A program made the translations under genes and the position numbers. Under the pieces are notes generated by a model. It did no database searches, had not been told where the DNA came from, and saw only the letters and a program-made list of their open reading frames with translations. From NCBI GenBank assembly GCA_963797095.1, contig CAWCNY010000006.1:544001-608000 (forward strand): a stretch of 64,000 bases of DNA. The letters run 5' to 3'. The stretch comes from an uncultured Chloroflexia bacterium. GTDB lineage: Bacteria > Chloroflexota > Chloroflexia > QHBQ01 > JADMIH01. This document shows, piece after piece, positions 20,993 to 32,100 of this stretch (its first letter is position 1; every line of letters starts with the position of its first letter).

Positions 20993-22573
20993 ATGGAAGA
21001 GAGCGCCGGGTCTGTGCGACGGGTGGCGGCCAATACGCTCAACCCGCTGGCGGCGCAGATCTTTACCAAGTTCATCAGCATGGGATACGGGGTGGTGCAG
21101 TACCGAGTACTGGGCGCTGATCGGGGCGGCGTGCTCGGTGACTATTTCCTGGCGGGCCTGGTGCTCCTGTACGCAGGTACAATCTCGGAGTGGGGTCTTG
21201 GCACTCTACTAACCCGCGAGGTAGCGCGAGAACGCGGGCCGGGCGACGCGACCCATGGCGGACTGGTGACGCGGCTCTTTACTCAAACCCTGGCGCTGCG
21301 GCTGCTGCTCAGCCTGGGCCTCTTTGTGCCCGTCGGAATCTTCCTGCTCCTGTATAGAGGTTTGTTTGGCTATACCGACCTGTCCAGCCTGAGCGAAGCA
21401 GGAGCATGGGCTGCCCTCATCCTGACTGCCTCATTGCTGCCTGGCGCTCTGTCGGGCACGATCACCTCGGTGCTTTACGCCTATGAGCGGATGACGCTGC
21501 CCGCGCTGGTCGGCATCGGCACTCTTGCGCTCAATGTTGGGCTTGGGTTGGGCGCTCTGCTGCTCGGCTGGGGGGTGGTAGGGCTTGCGCTGGCCTCCCT
21601 GCTGGCGACCTGCGTCACAGCGTTTGTCTTCTGGCGAATCCTGCGCAGGGAGTTGCCTGAGGTAATAGAGGGCCTGTCGCTAGTGAAGCTGCGCATCGAG
21701 CGGAACGTAGCGACCTCATTACTTGTAACCGGGTGGCCCTTGTTGCTCAACGGGCTGCTGGTTGCCCTCTTCTTTCGGGTGGACCAGTTCATCATCAAGC
21801 CGGTGATGGGCGGACTGGGGGTCGAGCAATATAATGCCGCCTACCAGTACCTCAACTTCGTGCTTCTGATCACCCCTGCCGTCACGCTGGCCCTCTTTCC
21901 TCGGATGTCGCGGCACGCGCGGGATGACCTGCCGAGGCTGGCCCGAGAGTACAATTTCGCCCTGAAACTGCTGCTAGCGCTATCGGGCTTGATCCTGGTA
22001 GTGACCGTGTGGTTCGCACCCCTCCTTGTGACGATAGTGACAGGCGGCAAAGAGGGCTACCTGCCCGAATCTGCGGTGGCTTTGCAGATTTTGATATTCT
22101 TCCTTCCGCTTAGCTTTGTGAACGGGGTTACCCAGTATGTGTTGATCGCCCTCGATAAGCAGAGATTGATCACGCGGGCATTCGCTCTCACGCTGGTGTT
22201 CAACCTGGCGGCGAACCTGGTGCTGATACCGCTGATGGGCATCTACGGGGCCTCCCTTGTGACCGTATTGAGTGAGATCGTGTTGCTTGTGCCCTTCACA
22301 CTGTGGGTGAGTCGAGAGTTGAAATCGGCCAGCGGCGGTCCTGATCTCAAGATGGCCTGGAAACCCCTGGCAGCAGGAGTCGTGACGGGCGCGCTCATGT
22401 ACGCGGTATGGATCGTATTCGCCGCCTGGAACCGTGACCTCCCAAGCCTGGGAATCTACGTAGGCGTGGGCGCGCTGCTGGCCCTGGTTTATATAGGCCT
22501 GTTGCTGGCGTTGCGCCCCTTTACAACTGAGGAGATTGGCGCGCTGGCTCGTCTTGTGCGCAGAAGCCAGTAA
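20993..22573 (+). CDS. Wzx-type polysaccharide/oligosaccharide flippase
   Basis: Many TMs, with EWGL.TLLTREVAR, RVDQ, YNAAY, LFPRMSR and NLVLIP.MGIYGA. Confidence 0.9.
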   Translation: MEESAGSVRRVAANTLNPLAAQIFTKFISMGYGVVQYRVLGADRGGVLGDYFLAGLVLLYAGTISEWGLGTLLTREVARERGPGDATHGGLVTRLFTQTLALRLLLSLGLFVPVGIFLLLYRGLFGYTDLSSLSEAGAWAALILTASLLPGALSGTITSVLYAYERMTLPALVGIGTLALNVGLGLGALLLGWGVVGLALASLLATCVTAFVFWRILRRELPEVIEGLSLVKLRIERNVATSLLVTGWPLLLNGLLVALFFRVDQFIIKPVMGGLGVEQYNAAYQYLNFVLLITPAVTLALFPRMSRHARDDLPRLAREYNFALKLLLALSGLILVVTVWFAPLLVTIVTGGKEGYLPESAVALQILIFFLPLSFVNGVTQYVLIALDKQRLITRAFALTLVFNLAANLVLIPLMGIYGASLVTVLSEIVLLVPFTLWVSRELKSASGGPDLKMAWKPLAAGVVTGALMYAVWIVFAAWNRDLPSLGIYVGVGALLALVYIGLLLALRPFTTEEIGALARLVRRSQ

Positions 22574-22625
22574 TATCTGCTCTGCATCGCGCTTTTGCCT
22601 GTCCGGTTGGTTTGAGGTCGCGCTG

Positions 22626-24548
22626 CTACGGAATACAAGCCAGGTGCGCCGGCGACGTCTCTGCCGGGATCGTGCAAGGATAGCCGGTCGTTACGAAGTA
22701 AAACCGCACGCGGAATTGAACCGTGGCCGGAGGGAAGCTGCCACAGAAGGAGCCTGAAATGCGGCCCTGCCCAGGTAACAGGTTGCTTGTACCGTGATCC
22801 GTGTCCACTACCTGGAAACCGCCTGTCAGCGTTCTGACTTGCAATTCAGCGACCCAATCCGCCTGCACGCTCTCCTGGCTTCCGTTAGTGACAGTAGCGG
22901 CCCAGTTAGCGCAGCTAGATGGCCCACACGAGACATCGATATTCCCATTGATACTTAGATCGCAGACCGTTCCCAGCACAGGTGTTGGTGATGGTGCGGG
23001 GCTTGTCGGGCTGGGGACGATAGTAGGCGTCTTTGTATAGGTTGGAGGGGCTGGCGTGACTGTTGGCGGGGGAGGCGCTTTCGTGGCGGTCGGTGTTGGC
23101 GGCGGCATTGTATTCGTGGGCGAAGGCGCGACTGTGGAAGTGGGGTTCGGCGAAGTCGGCGTGCTGGTTGGCGTATTGGTTGGTGTATTCGTGGGTGTGT
23201 TAGTAGGTAGCGGCCTGGTGGCAGTTGGCTTCACTGGCGCGGGTTTGTTCGTGGGGGTAGCAGGTTCGAGGGGCGCTGGTGTGAAAGTAGGCTCAACAGT
23301 GGCGACCGGTGGAACCGGGGTGTCGGGCGGCTCGGTCGCGGGCACGCGGGTAGGGCTTGAGATCGGCGGGCTTGTAGGGCTGGAGTCAGGCCCCGGGGTG
23401 TCTGCCGGGCCTGTGTTAGGCGTTGGCGTTTCGGTGGGTGGCCTGACGGTAGTGGAGGTTTTTGTGGCCTTCGGCGGGACATAAACGGGCGTGGAACTTG
23501 CCCGCGGAAGACTCGTAGTGGACGTTGCCGTAATCGTTGAGGTTTCCTCGCTCGTAGGCATCGTAATCGTGGGTTCTGGCGTAGCTGTATGTTCGATAAC
23601 TACGATAGGAGGCTGTGTTGGCTGGATCGTTAGTTGGATGGCAGGGGCCGGCGTGGGTATGCTGCTTGACGCCACCGCTACCGGCGTCAGCAGACCCGTA
23701 TTATCGCTGCCGCTGATCACACCTGCCGGACTGACGCCCAGGGCGGCAAGCGCCTGCGCCGCGCTGTTGCTTATATCTGCGACTCGTGCCTGGATTTGCT
23801 GCACAGTGTCCCGGACGCTTTGCGAGAGTGCTCCCTGGTCGACCGCAATACTGTCGAGCGTGATTTTACCGGCAAAGCAGGTCCTGTATATCTGTTCGGT
23901 GACATGCGTCCGATCTTCGCCTTCCGGAAGACTCTGCCTGATATTGTCGGAGGCAGTCACATTGCGTAAGAAACTATCCAGAGCGGGCCCCGCCTGCGCC
24001 AGCTCATGCATCTCCTGCAGGGTGCGCAGGTCATAAAGGCGGGCGTTGGCAATGTTGGTGTTCTGGATGGCCTTGCTCGCCGGATCGCTGGTGAGATTCA
24101 GCATTATATTTTCGGAGGCAAGTTTGACACTATAGAAGGGGCTGCCGGGCAACGAGCGAGTGGACGACCACCACACGAAGGCCACCAGCAAGATAGCTGC
24201 GGCTGCACTTATCAGCCCTGGGCGCAGGAACCAGGGAAGAGGCCGGGCCGGACGGCGGGTGGTGACTCCAGGGGCAGGCTTAGGTGCCACCTCTACGGGG
24301 TGGCTGCCCCTTTCCTGCAAAGACGCCCCTCGATCCGACGCCGCTGACATGAGTCGCGCCTTCATCGCGTCGCGGTGAGCAGCCGGGACCGGTGGTGGCA
24401 CCAGGTTGGCTAGGTCGTGGGCGATGCCAAGCAGCGGCTCAAGCTTGTCCCGGTATTGGGGAAACTTATCGAGCAATTCTTGCGCGCTGAGACCTTCCGG
24501 GTTCTCCAGACAGTAATCAAGCGCTTCTTGTATGCTCAGTGGTTCCAA
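22626..24548 (-). CDS. Probable anti-sigma membrane protein (DUF5667-like, long Pro/Thr linker, Cys-containing C-terminal domain)
   Basis: LDYCLE...L..FPQYRDKLEPLL N-terminus, one TM, SLPGSPFYSVKLASE, directly downstream of an ECF sigma. Confidence 0.75.
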   Translation of the reverse strand: MEPLSIQEALDYCLENPEGLSAQELLDKFPQYRDKLEPLLGIAHDLANLVPPPVPAAHRDAMKARLMSAASDRGASLQERGSHPVEVAPKPAPGVTTRRPARPLPWFLRPGLISAAAAILLVAFVWWSSTRSLPGSPFYSVKLASENIMLNLTSDPASKAIQNTNIANARLYDLRTLQEMHELAQAGPALDSFLRNVTASDNIRQSLPEGEDRTHVTEQIYRTCFAGKITLDSIAVDQGALSQSVRDTVQQIQARVADISNSAAQALAALGVSPAGVISGSDNTGLLTPVAVASSSIPTPAPAIQLTIQPTQPPIVVIEHTATPEPTITMPTSEETSTITATSTTSLPRASSTPVYVPPKATKTSTTVRPPTETPTPNTGPADTPGPDSSPTSPPISSPTRVPATEPPDTPVPPVATVEPTFTPAPLEPATPTNKPAPVKPTATRPLPTNTPTNTPTNTPTSTPTSPNPTSTVAPSPTNTMPPPTPTATKAPPPPTVTPAPPTYTKTPTIVPSPTSPAPSPTPVLGTVCDLSINGNIDVSCGPSSCANWAATVTNGSQESVQADWVAELQVRTLTGGFQVVDTDHGTSNLLPGQGRISGSFCGSFPPATVQFRVRFYFVTTGYPCTIPAETSPAHLACIP

Positions 24549-24623
24549 TTTCAGCCTGCTTTTCCAGTCGTTAGTTGCCGGTTGCCCAGTTCGATGTTTG
24601 GGCAGGAGCAGCTTTCGGGCGGC

Positions 24624-25268
24624 TTAAGGATAGCCCCTCTTCGATAAGAGCTTTCGCAGATTATCCAACGCGCTATGTTGAAGCGCTTTGACCGCGCCCT
24701 CTGTACGGTCGAGAATCACGGCCACCTCTTGATTGCTGAGGCCTGCGACGAACTTGAGGGCGATCACCTGGGCCTGAAGATCGGTCAGCAGGTCCATCGA
24801 TTCGAGGATATGGTTGCGCAGGTCGCTTCGCTCGGCGAGGTGGTGGGGGTCGTCATGTTCGGAAGGTAGGCTATCGCCTGCGGGTTCGAGAGGTACTTGA
24901 GGGCGGCGGTTCCTGCGCCGGTGCGCATCGATAATGAGATTATGAGCAATGCGGTAGAGCCATGCTGCGAAGGTGTAGCCCTGTGGCTCGTAACCGCCAA
25001 TCGATTCGATCATTTTCAGGAATACCTGTTCGGTCAGGTCTTCGGTCTCTGTGATGTCACCGACCTTGATGTAAACGTAGCGATAGAGGCGGTCGAAGTA
25101 CCGTTCATAAAGCCAGCCAATAGCCTCGGGGTTGCTCCCGCGCGCGCTTTCTATGGCCTCGCGTTCGTCCTCGAAAGGTGCGTGGCGTGCCAAGTCCCAC
25201 TCCTGTCCTTTCCATCTTCTTGCGCTGTATACCGGAAGATACAGCGCTGTGGGCGACAAGGCCACCAT
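24624..25268 (-). CDS. ECF RNA polymerase sigma factor
   Basis: EDLTEQVFLK, AWLYRIAHN and GLSNQEVA.IL..TEGAVKALQHSAL motifs. Confidence 0.93.
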   Translation of the reverse strand: MVALSPTALYLPVYSARRWKGQEWDLARHAPFEDEREAIESARGSNPEAIGWLYERYFDRLYRYVYIKVGDITETEDLTEQVFLKMIESIGGYEPQGYTFAAWLYRIAHNLIIDAHRRRNRRPQVPLEPAGDSLPSEHDDPHHLAERSDLRNHILESMDLLTDLQAQVIALKFVAGLSNQEVAVILDRTEGAVKALQHSALDNLRKLLSKRGYP

Positions 25269-25509
25269 CCTAAGCTTGCACCACGGGGCAAACTACGGCT
25301 GGATCGGGGCAAAGAGCATCAACTCGCCACAGCCCGAAGAACTGAAACGCACGAGCAAATGCATCGAGCAGAAGAGTGGGAGCAGGCTCGCACGCCCGAC
25401 GAGCCGCACAGGTGCGCGACCTATGCAAAGATTATAACGTTTTGACGCGCCAGGAGATAGGGATTTGCAACACGATGAACAGTAGCTACGTTGAAACGCG
25501 TCGTTATGG

Positions 25510-26463
25510 CTACGAAAGTTCGCTCTGCCAGCGCACCTGATTCGTGAGGCCTTCGAGTAATGTGACCTGAGGTATAAACCCGAGGTGCTCGCGGGCGAGG
25601 GCGGTATCGGCCAGGGTGCGGCTCTGCTCGCCGGGGCGTGGCGGCGCGTGGTGCACATTCGCGCGCTTGCCTGTGATCCCTTCCAGGAGCGAGATCACCT
25701 GGTTGGCGCTTATCTCCTCCGACCCACCCAGGTTGTAAATAGCTCCACGCCGGAATTTGCTATACGAGAGGAAGGTAGCACGTGCGATGTCCGTCGCATA
25801 GGTGTTGCCCCGTAACTGGTTGCCATCCCCGAACACGGTTATAGGTTTGCCATGCAGGATGCTGTCTATGAAGATGTAGTAGCCCATATCGGGGCGCTGG
25901 CGCGGGCCGAACACCGAAAAATAGCGCAGGATGGTGGATGGCACGTCAAACTGGTGGTCGTAGGTCTGGACCAGGTGCTCTCCCGCCAGCTTGGTGATCC
26001 CATACGGTGATACCGGTTGGGCAGGGGTCGATTCGGGGCCTGTGACGTTGCTGCCGTAAATGCTGGATGTGCTGGCATGGATGAACCGGCGCACGCCCCC
26101 TGCCTGCCGCACCGCTTCCAGCAGGCGTTGTGTAGCCTGGATATTGCAGGTCATATACAGATCGAAACGCGTCCAGGATAGGAGCAGGCCACCCATAGCG
26201 GCCAAATGAAACACACTGTTCACCCCTTCAAGGGCAGTCGAAAGATCGTCTGTCCGTAAGTCCAACTCATAGAAAGCAAAACGCGGGTGATCGCGGAAGG
26301 GGGCCAGATTGCTCTCCTTGACTGCGCGCGGGTAATAAGGAATAAAGGCATCAAGCCCCACAACCTCATGCCCCTCGGCGAGCAAAGTTTCGCAAAGATG
26401 AGAACCGATGAAGCCTGCGGCTCCGGTCACAAGCGATCTTGGTCTGGGTGTTTCAGATTGCAT
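25510..26463 (-). CDS. NAD-dependent nucleotide-sugar epimerase/dehydratase
   Basis: VTGAAGFIGSH, STSSIYG, YGITK and LRYFSVFGPRQRPDM motifs. Confidence 0.92.
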   Translation of the reverse strand: MQSETPRPRSLVTGAAGFIGSHLCETLLAEGHEVVGLDAFIPYYPRAVKESNLAPFRDHPRFAFYELDLRTDDLSTALEGVNSVFHLAAMGGLLLSWTRFDLYMTCNIQATQRLLEAVRQAGGVRRFIHASTSSIYGSNVTGPESTPAQPVSPYGITKLAGEHLVQTYDHQFDVPSTILRYFSVFGPRQRPDMGYYIFIDSILHGKPITVFGDGNQLRGNTYATDIARATFLSYSKFRRGAIYNLGGSEEISANQVISLLEGITGKRANVHHAPPRPGEQSRTLADTALAREHLGFIPQVTLLEGLTNQVRWQSELS

Positions 26464-26478
26464 AATGCCTTTCTTGGC

Positions 26479-26568
26479 GAGTGACGAGTGATCCACTGCA
26501 TATTGCGTACTTCGTACTGCGTATTCCACCCCTCATCGCTCGTCACTCGTCACTCGTCACTCGTCACT
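26479..26568. repeat. Heptamer repeats (TCGTCAC)n and (TGCGTAY)n
   Basis: ctcgtcactcgtcactcgtcactcgtcact overlaps the stop of the ligase-like gene. Confidence 0.8.
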
Positions 26569-28055
26569 GGCCGTCCATCGTCCGTCCTGAGCCATGCCAG
26601 CGTGAAGAGCGCCAGTGCTGCGCCCCAGTGGATACCCATGTTCAGGGCGTGGAGGTTCTCGAAGAAGTTGTGTGCGGCGAACGTGGCGAGAATACCGAGC
26701 GCGCCTATTACGACCGTCTCGCCGTAGGGGTCGCCACGCGCGCGGACACGGCGCAGGGCGCTATAACCCACGGCGAAGGCTGTGATCAGCATGATCATGT
26801 AACCTGCGAAGCCCACCAGGCCAACCTCGGCCAGCAGGTTGAGATAGTAGTTGTGGGCGTGGCCCCGTGAATAGGGCCACCCCTGGACGCCGAACTTGGT
26901 GAACAGGTCGTTGAAGTTGCCGATGCCCACGCCTGTGATCGGGCTTGATAGGAACATATTGCCCGCTACCTGCCAGTGTACCATGCGCTCCACAAGGGCA
27001 TAATCTTCGGGTGTGGGTACCACGCCTCGTGGGTCGAATATCTGTATCTGGCTGACCAGCAACCCGAACCGGTCCGAGATGACCGACGGGAGGGCATTCG
27101 CCTCAGCCAGGATCACCAGGAGAACTGATCCGGCCACGATAGCCACTATCGCGCCCCTGGCCCGCCTCCCAAGAGAAAAGACCATGACGAGGACGCCCAC
27201 CGCAAGCCCGATCCAGGCCCCGCGAGAGAGCGATGTGACCACCGTCCAGAAGAGGATGAGGGCTACAATCGTGAGGAGAACCGGCCCACGCAGGTAGCTC
27301 CATGCAACGAAATCGGGGCGTTCAAGTGGGTGGGCGGCCTTCCGGGCCGCAAACCACATTCCCCATTGGTAGGCCGCCAGTGCGAAGGCCAAAGGCACGC
27401 TCATGTTTATATATCCGGCGAATGAATTGGGCGCGCCTATCGTCCCATAAGCGCGTGTCAGCAGACCTGCCACATTGAAACTTTCAGGCCCTATGCCACT
27501 GTATGCCTGTACAAGGCCGAGCAGGGCTTCAGACATCCCCGCGACCAGCATTACGATGATCAGGCCGTTCATCTCGCGTCGCGTCTGTACTGAGTTCACA
27601 ATGATCAGGTAGGAGAGTATCGTGACCAGCCAGCGCGAGATTTCCGCAAGACTGTCGGGGAGCGAGGTGGTGCCCCACAGGCTGGGAAACGTCGTGATCA
27701 GGAAGAGGAAGAGGGTCACGCCGATGGGTGTGATATGGAGGCGGCGGTCGCTGCGGAGTGATATCCAACCCCACCAGATGCCAAGCACTAGCACAAACAG
27801 CACCTGCGTGAAGGTAATACCCCCCGGCAGTTCAACAACATCCTGCACGGGCACACTGAGAACAAGCGCGTAGGCCCCCCACACCGGTTTCTTCAGCAGC
27901 ACAACCAGTAGAATGACGCCTGCCACCAGGCCCACACTCACAAATGGTGGGGCCAGCCCCGCAATGGCGGCCAGCAGGATGCCCACAACCCAGATCCAGG
28001 CAGACCTTGGTGCTGGGATACTCACTCTAAATTTCCGCGTGATAGTTTGTGCCAA
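26550..28055 (-). CDS. O-antigen ligase/Wzy_C family membrane protein
   Basis: RAYGT..PNSFAG, SLSRGAW, ER..HW.....F...P.TGVGIGNF and HAHNYYL motifs. Confidence 0.9.
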   Translation of the reverse strand: MAQTITRKFRVSIPAPRSAWIWVVGILLAAIAGLAPPFVSVGLVAGVILLVVLLKKPVWGAYALVLSVPVQDVVELPGGITFTQVLFVLVLGIWWGWISLRSDRRLHITPIGVTLFLFLITTFPSLWGTTSLPDSLAEISRWLVTILSYLIIVNSVQTRREMNGLIIVMLVAGMSEALLGLVQAYSGIGPESFNVAGLLTRAYGTIGAPNSFAGYINMSVPLAFALAAYQWGMWFAARKAAHPLERPDFVAWSYLRGPVLLTIVALILFWTVVTSLSRGAWIGLAVGVLVMVFSLGRRARGAIVAIVAGSVLLVILAEANALPSVISDRFGLLVSQIQIFDPRGVVPTPEDYALVERMVHWQVAGNMFLSSPITGVGIGNFNDLFTKFGVQGWPYSRGHAHNYYLNLLAEVGLVGFAGYMIMLITAFAVGYSALRRVRARGDPYGETVVIGALGILATFAAHNFFENLHALNMGIHWGAALALFTLAWLRTDDGRPVTSDE

Positions 28056-28145
28056 GTGCTAAGCCTGTGAGGATGGTAGTCGGTAGTCGGTAGTGGGAGG
28101 ACGATAGACCATAGACGATTGCAACCACGAACCACGAACCACGAA

Positions 28146-29108
28146 CTAGGAACTACTGTCTATCGCCTGGAACCACTCAATAGTGGCCGGAAGGCCCTCT
28201 TCGAGCGGCACTTTGGGTTGCCAGCCCAGGTGAGTGGTGATGCGTGTTATGTCGGGGCACCGGCGGGCCGGGTCGTCCTGCAGGGCGGGCAGGAATCGCA
28301 GTTCGGAATCGGAATTGCAGAGCCTGCGTATTACTTCGGCGAAATCGAGGATTGTGCGCTCGTCCGGGTTGCCCACGTTGAACACCATGCCACGCGTGTC
28401 GTAGGGTGCGAACATGACCGCTATCAGGCCAGCAACCATATCGCTCACGTAGCAATAAGAGCGCGTCTGGCTGCCGTCGCCGTAGATCGTGATCGGCTCA
28501 CCGCGTAGCGACTGCGTGATAAAGTTGGGTACCGAGCGGCCATCCTTGGGGTTCATGCGAGGGCCGTAAGTATTGAAAATCCGCACGATGCGTCCGTCGA
28601 GGCCGTTTTCCCGCACATAGATCGACGTAATAGCCTCCCCGAAGCGTTTCCCTTCGTCGTAGCATGCGCGTGGACCTGTAGTGTTTACGTTCCCGTTGTA
28701 CTCCTCTTTTTGAGGGTGTACATCCGGGTCTCCATATGCTTCGGAGGTAGAGGTGATCAGGTATTTTGCCCTGTGCTTGAGAGCCAGCGCCAGCACATTG
28801 TTCGTCCCCTGCGAGTTGATCATCGCGATCTGGAGTGGCATCTTGCTGAAATCGGCGGGCGAAGCGGGGCTGGCAAGATGGAACAGCGCATCGATCTTGT
28901 CCAATGCCTCGAACTCCGGCGTGTCCATGGGGTGGCAAATGTCGTGTTCCAGCAGGTGGAAATTGGGGCTGTGATTCAGGTGGACGATGTTTTGACGGTT
29001 GCCCGTCAGAAAGTTATCGACTGCGGTGACCGAATGTCCCTGTGCCACGAGCGCGTCGCAGAGGTGGGAGCCGATGAAGCCAGCGCCGCCGGTGACTACT
29101 ATGTGCAA
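28146..29108 (-). CDS. UDP-glucuronate decarboxylase (UDP-xylose synthase)-like SDR
   Basis: GGAGFIGSHL, HLASPASP, STSEAYGDP, RACYDEGKRFGE, RIFNTYGPRM and DDP.RR.PDI motifs. Confidence 0.88.
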   Translation of the reverse strand: MHIVVTGGAGFIGSHLCDALVAQGHSVTAVDNFLTGNRQNIVHLNHSPNFHLLEHDICHPMDTPEFEALDKIDALFHLASPASPADFSKMPLQIAMINSQGTNNVLALALKHRAKYLITSTSEAYGDPDVHPQKEEYNGNVNTTGPRACYDEGKRFGEAITSIYVRENGLDGRIVRIFNTYGPRMNPKDGRSVPNFITQSLRGEPITIYGDGSQTRSYCYVSDMVAGLIAVMFAPYDTRGMVFNVGNPDERTILDFAEVIRRLCNSDSELRFLPALQDDPARRCPDITRITTHLGWQPKVPLEEGLPATIEWFQAIDSSS

Positions 29109-29139
29109 AGTGTTTGCCTCCGATGCGAAATCAAATCTA

Positions 29140-32100
29140 TCAGATCGCTTTCTCAGGGTGTTTTTGTTGATACAGCATACGGCTTAATTGCAGCACACCG
29201 CAAGATAGCCAGAAGATCAAGGCCAGGTCCATCAAGAAGTATGAGTTGTCCACCAGGCCATGCACCAGGAAGGCCGTCATAGAAGCTATCAGGCCCACCA
29301 CAATCGCTCTCAGCACCGGGTCGGTTGCCCCCCGTTGTGCGCTCCGTCTGGCGAGCAAGATGGCCTCGCCGCAATAGCGCCACAGCAGCCACACCAGCAC
29401 AAACAGGCCTATTATACCCAATGAAAGCCACCAGTCCAACACAATATTGTGCGGGTGGGATGTGTATAACTCGTTCTCCTGCGAAGGGACAATGTAGAGC
29501 CATTGGCCGTATGGGTCTTTGGCCTGGAACTGGTTGAGAAACTGGTCGAGGCCGATGCCGAACACCGGGTGGTCTCGGCCCATCAGCAGGGCGCTGCGCC
29601 ATATATCGAGCCGCTTCACGCCGCTGGTCGGGCTGAATATGCGCCCCGGCAAGCTTGGGAAGAGGATCAATATTGCAATTGCCGCAACAACCCCCGCTAC
29701 CGCAACTCCTACCAGCCACCGCCGGAAGAAGGTTGTCACCCGGTCGAATATCCCGCCAAGCGGCCATCGCAGCCCGACGCTCACGCCTACCACCAGCGCC
29801 ACCACCACCGCGCCCCATGCCCCACGTGAATATGTAAGGAAAATCGTGGCAAAGAGTGGGAGGCAGGCCAGCCCGTAAAGGACCCGCCGCCAGCCCCACG
29901 GTATGAAGAGCGCCAGGCATGCAGCAAATGGCGATACCCGGTCGAGATAAAGCGCGAGATTGTTTGGATGCTCGTAAACACCCATCACGCGGCTCACCCC
30001 TTCGACATCCAGCGTGTTACCGGAGCCGAAATACTGCCACAACCCCACAAACGAAACGAACACTCCCGCTGCCACAAAGAAATCGAGCACGCGCAAGAGC
30101 GCCCGCCTGGTGGTTATTATATCCGTGAGCAGGAAGTAAAAGAGCACAGGCTCAATGATCTCCCACCTGTATGCGCGAGCGCTGTCTGGGGCGAATTGCT
30201 GGTTGGCTAGGGTCAGCAGGGAAAAAGCCCCCAGGACCAGCAGCACCACCGCAGGGAAGGCAAAAGCATCCTGGCGCACCCACTTTCGGAAGCCCGATTG
30301 TTCGTGATAAGTGGTATGTGATACGTGGTCCTCAATCTCAACTGTACGGGTAAGCGGTGGCCTCTTCTTTATCATATTTCGCCCGTTGTTGTTCTCAGGC
30401 CAGTTGACGGCGATAGGCTTCGCCAGTTCACCTATCAGCTTTTTGGGGCGTGCGGGCCAGTGGGCTGGCTGCAACTCGCTCTCGGTCATCTCCAGGTCAG
30501 GCGGAGCCGGATTGCCAAGGACTGGCAGCGGCTTGGTGGCTTTCGCGTCCTGCCTGGCTTCGGCAGGCACAGTTGGCGCGACCTGTACATCTGTGGCGGG
30601 TATCGCGGCGTTCTGTCGTGCCGGACTCACTGTCACTCGCGCCCACACGTTTGGAAACATGAAAGCTATCGAGCGTCGGGCTACCAGGGCGGCAAAGGCC
30701 AGCAGCAGCAGCGTTTCGGCGCTTGGGAAGTGCAGGCTGCCATATTCTTTGGGATACCAGAAGAAAGGGATAGCGACGGCCACCAGGGCCAGCGCAACCT
30801 CCGGTTTGAACACAGCTATCGCCAGGTAGCCCGCCAGTGCCACCCCTATCAGGGGCAGGCTCTCGGCCTTGTAATAGACGAGAAACAGCCCGACCATCCC
30901 CACCACAGCCGCCCCGTTACGCGCCAACTCCCTCACCTGTGGGCTGTACCTGCCCCTCGGCATATCGAGTGCCGCCTGCGCCCACGCCGCTGCGCCCGTG
31001 CCCAAATAGGCGAAAGAGGCCAGCGCCAGCAACCCGAACACGCCATAGAATAAAATGAACCCCATCGTGTTCAGGAATGGCCTATCCTGCGGTGTGGGCG
31101 CGCCGGGCACTACTTTGCTGTAATCCTGCAAAGCATAATAGGCGGAGCGCGGGGTGAAATCCTGGCGCAATATAGAGAAATAGGTGGCAGGCTCAAGCGG
31201 ATCGGCGTCGGGGTTGCGCAAGTTCCAGACGAACATCACCCCCATCCAGGGCCATTCGTCGCGGGCGCGCTCGTATCCTTCCACAAGGTAACGCCCCTGC
31301 GTCTCCTCGTCCACGCTATGGCCCCAGATGTTCTTGGCCTGGAATGCGTTCCATTCCTCAGGCGAAAGATTAAGCTGCTGGTGAAGGTCGGGCGGATAGC
31401 TGATCCACGCGTATTCGCTGATCCAGACCGGCTTGTTGACATCCCCGTTCTTGACCATCACGTCATGCAGCAGCACCGAACGCGAGAACGACAGCCGCTT
31501 AAAATCCATGCGCCTGTCATCGGGGGGCTGCCCCAATCCGTACAGCATAGTTGACATAACGTCAAAGTACGGGGCCGCCCCGTCGCTGTACATATCTTCG
31601 AGAAACAGGATATCGTTTCTGTTGGCCGCCGAATCTTCCGTCGTAGGCGCGAGAGCCGCGCTGATGATTACCGCGCCGGGATCGACTTCCTTGATCCTGT
31701 CGTGAGCCACCTTCAAGAGCGCCACATACTGCTCGGCGTTCACAGGGTGGCCGCCCCACTCGCCGTACAGGTTAGGCTCGTTCCATATCTGGTAATACTT
31801 GATCTTCCCCTTGTACCGCGACGCCACCGCAGCCGCGAAATCCCCGAAATCGCTGTTGTTGTCGGGTGGACCTTTCCGGAACTGCTCCAGGTCGTCGCCG
31901 GGCATGCGCGCCCAATTCGGCGGACTATCGAGGCGGGCCATGATCGTCATTCCGTGTGCCACCGCCTGGTCCACAATAAAATCGTACTTGTCCCACGAAC
32001 TGACCACCTTGCCGGGGTTGCGCGTATCCGTAAAGTCGCCTTTAGCGCTGATCTCGATATCGTTCCAGGCAAATCCCTGCCTTATCCACGTAAACCCCGC

